Made by a program: the position numbers and the translations under genes. From Eledone cirrhosa (taxonomy: Eukaryota): a DNA stretch of 64,000 bases. Below the pieces are notes generated by a model. That model was not told the DNA's origin and ran no database searches. It saw nothing but the letters and a program-made list of their open reading frames with translations. The stretch covers positions 76,880,001 through 76,944,000 of the forward strand of contig OZ024743.1 of the NCBI GenBank assembly GCA_964016885.1, given 5' to 3'. Shown piece after piece: positions 61,670 to 64,000 of the stretch (the stretch's first letter is position 1; each line of letters opens with the position of its first letter).

Positions 61670-61703
<34 letters not shown>

Positions 61704-61708
61704 CATCT

Positions 61709-61748
<40 letters not shown>

Positions 61749-61794
61749 GTGTGTGTGTGTGTGTGTATCTGTGTGTGTGTTTCTGTCTGTGTGT
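61351..61794. repeat. Degenerate (GT)n microsatellite with recurring GTAACT and ATCT interruptions
   Basis: Seen directly. Confidence 0.95.
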
Positions 61795-61982
61795 GGATTG
61801 GAGAAATCGGTAGAGCGTCAGACATGTTTTGCGACATAGAGTTACGGCCCTTTACAGCCTTTACGGCCTTTCATCCTTACGGGGTCGATAAAGTAAAGTA
61901 CCAGTCACGCACTGAGGTCGATTTAATCGACTTTCCCCTCCTCGAAAATTGCTGGCTTTGTGCCTATATAAGAAACCATTAT
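61792..61982 (+). mobile_element. tRNA-derived SINE with the B-box region replaced by a short duplication
   Basis: Head GGATTGGAGAAATCGGTAGAG, duplicated TTACGGCC(C)TTT, then core and tail. Confidence 0.88.
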
Positions 61983-62000
61983 TATAATGGTTTCTTATAT

Positions 62001-62190
62001 AGGGTGGTGGATTGGCAGTATCGGTAGAGGGTCGGACGCCATGCTTTCCAGCATAGTTACGTCCCTTTATGATCTGAGTTCAAATCCCGCCGAGGTTGAC
62101 TTTGCCTTTCATCCTTACGGGGTCGATAAAATAAAGTACCAGTAATGCACTGGGTAATTTGCTGGCCTTGTGCCTAAAGTAGAAACAATT
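62001..62190 (+). mobile_element. tRNA-derived SINE, short-tail variant, intact A and B boxes
   Basis: TGGCAGTATCGG and GAGTTCAAATCCC. Flanked by ATTATTATAATGGTTTCT at 61978-61995 and 62188-62205. Confidence 0.92.
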
Positions 62191-62205
62191 ATTATAATGG
62201 TTTCT

Positions 62206-62366
62206 GAGCGGTGATTGGCAGCAGAATCGGTAGAGTGTCGGACAATATGCTTAAGCTCGCAAAGTTGACCTCAGCAGGATTTGAACTCAGAACACAGTGA
62301 GCCATAACTAAATACTACCAAGCATGTTGTCCGACGCTCTCCCGATTTTACCAATCTAGCGCCCTT
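62206..62366. mobile_element. Two facing SINE 5' fragments (plus strand 62206-62256, minus strand 62261-62366)
   Basis: GATTGGCAGCAGAATCGGTAGAGTGTCGGACA on plus; AAAGTTGACCTCAGCAGGATTTGAACTCAG...TGTCCGACGCTCT is the reverse complement of a SINE head. Confidence 0.75.
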
Positions 62367-62523
62367 CAATTATGATTATAAGGAATTACAATCCTGACCA
62401 AAGAACATAACTACATCTCATAAACCATAATTTCAGAGTTGTGTGGATTTGGGTTGATAACATTCTGTAGCCGGCATTAAATTTTTTTTCTGGCTGTCTA
62501 ATGTACACCTGTGTGTATATATA

Positions 62524-62526
<3 letters not shown>

Positions 62527-62584
<58 letters not shown>
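62527..62584. repeat. (GT)n microsatellite
   Basis: Seen directly. Confidence 0.98.
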
Positions 62585-62586
<2 letters not shown>

Positions 62587-62930
62587 ATATATATACCTAT
62601 CGACCGACCAACAAACGACAACCAGACAGACTACCAACACTGCCAGTATCAAAGACTGAATATAGGTAGTATAATGGATTGACAACGAAGCACCATCCCA
62701 CTCTCACAGTAAAGAGGAACTGCCTCCACCTTTGCTTTACCGCACCTATTCCGCGCGCACGCACGATCTACAGAATATGTCAATTGTACACAAACGGCGG
62801 ACAACAGAGGCCACTTACCGTTCTTCTTCGACTAACCCCCCGGAAAAAACCCCAGTTGATGGATGCGAAATCTGAAATGTAGGGACAATTAAATCTCTTC
62901 CAGGTTAACTCTAACTCGTGTCATTATTTT

Positions 62931-63120
62931 AGGGCGGTGGATGGCAGTATCGGTAGAGAGTCTGACGCCATGCTTTGCAGCAAAGAGTTACGGCCCTTGC
63001 CATTCTGAGTTCAAATCCCGCCGAGGTTAACTTTGCCTTTCATCCTTATGGGGTCGATAAAATAAGGTACCAGTAATACACTGGGATAATTGCTGGCCTT
63101 GTGCCAAAAGTAGAAACAAT
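62931..63120 (+). mobile_element. tRNA-derived SINE, short-tail variant, 8-bp target-site duplication
   Basis: A and B boxes, core and tail. ATTATTTT at 62923-62930 and 63119-63126. Confidence 0.92.
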
Positions 63121-63263
63121 TATTTTTACACTCTTTCCTACGTTCCTCTACACACTATATGTCTCATTCTACATTTCCTCTTACAGCTCTTTCTTCACTA
63201 TCGGATACTGTTACCCGGAGATTTACCCAGCTGCATTGTTGAGGCTTCCCAAACGACCAAATT

Positions 63264-63371
<108 letters not shown>

Positions 63372-64000
63372 CGAGGTGTGTCAGAAAAGTTCCAGGGCTG
63401 ATGTCACAAAAGATTTATTTCAAATCCAAACTTCACGCTAAGAGTTTTCTCCTTCAAAGTAATCCCCCTGGAGTCTAATGCACTTTTCCATCCTTTTATG
63501 CCACGATTGCATGCACTCCTGGAAGGATTCTTCCGGAATCCTCGGCAGTTCCGTCGTCACGGCCTTTTGGATGTCGTCCACGTCTTCAAAACGGGTCCCC
63601 TCCGGGTCGTACTCGAAGATCCATGACTCATCTCCGGTGATGACTGTCCCTAGCAAGTCTGGTTCGGTTTCAAGACGCTCGAAGATGTCCTGGCACACTT
63701 GCATGCGCCGACCCTTCTGGTCATCGTTCAGCAGTTTTGGCACACCTTCGCGCAGACTTTCCGCATGTCCAAATCTTCAGTGAGAATCTTCCGGACGCTG
63801 TCCCGATTCATGCCCAGCTCATTTGCCATCAGTCGGACAGTCAGCCAACGATCGTTACGCACCATCTGCCTTTGTTCGTTGCTCTGTACTCATTGCTTGA
63901 CGTCCTGAAACAGAGGACATGTATATAAAATTATGAAGAAAACAGTTTGATCGCTGCAGAGAGCTAAGATTACGGTTACATACTCCAGGGGGATTACTTT
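63372..64000 (-). mobile_element. Internally deleted mariner DNA transposon, continuing past the right window edge
   Basis: TA followed by a CGAGG terminus at 63370-63376, a transposase remnant, and an inverted copy of 63456-63474 at 63982-64000. Confidence 0.9.
63438..63893 (-). pseudogene. Mariner transposase pseudogene with two large deletions and a frameshift
   Basis: MSTEQRT start is joined to the second HTH (NDRWLTVRLMANELGM...MRKVCAK), then frameshifts to VPKLL and VITGDESWIFEYDPE, which is fused directly to GTRFEDVDDI...GDYFEG. The second and third catalytic aspartate regions are missing. Confidence 0.92.

Noticed and set aside
59635-63120. tRNA genes suggested by A and B boxes
   Set aside because: No cloverleaf; the boxes belong to SINE heads followed by a shared core, tail and target-site duplications.

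Overview
Eukaryotic, repeat-dominated window with no host protein-coding gene detected. The SINE sequences resemble those I recall from octopus/cephalopod genomes; this is recognition, not a database hit. Bases 1-43.5 kb are one satellite array of about 1,750 monomers of 24/26 bp (GTCTACTGTTAGAGA[GA]CAGTGTG[A/G]T) with kb-scale higher-order duplications. The flank (43.5-64 kb) holds: a 1.8-kb Ty3/Gypsy LTR element with a tRNA-Trp PBS and an internally inverted integrase fragment; a CR1/L2-group LINE (CCCH-finger ORF1 plus an uninterrupted APE-RT ORF2) set between multi-kb (TA)n tracts; about ten tRNA-derived SINE copies or fragments; a mariner-type MITE with an internal triplication; a deleted mariner; and several microsatellites. 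The most interesting signal is in the LINE. ORF2 has no AUG ahead of its first endonuclease motif, overlaps ORF1 in the -1 frame, and the overlap contains a correctly phased A_AAU_UUU_UUA slippery sequence. This suggests retrovirus-style -1 ribosomal frameshifting in a non-LTR element, which is an inference and untested.
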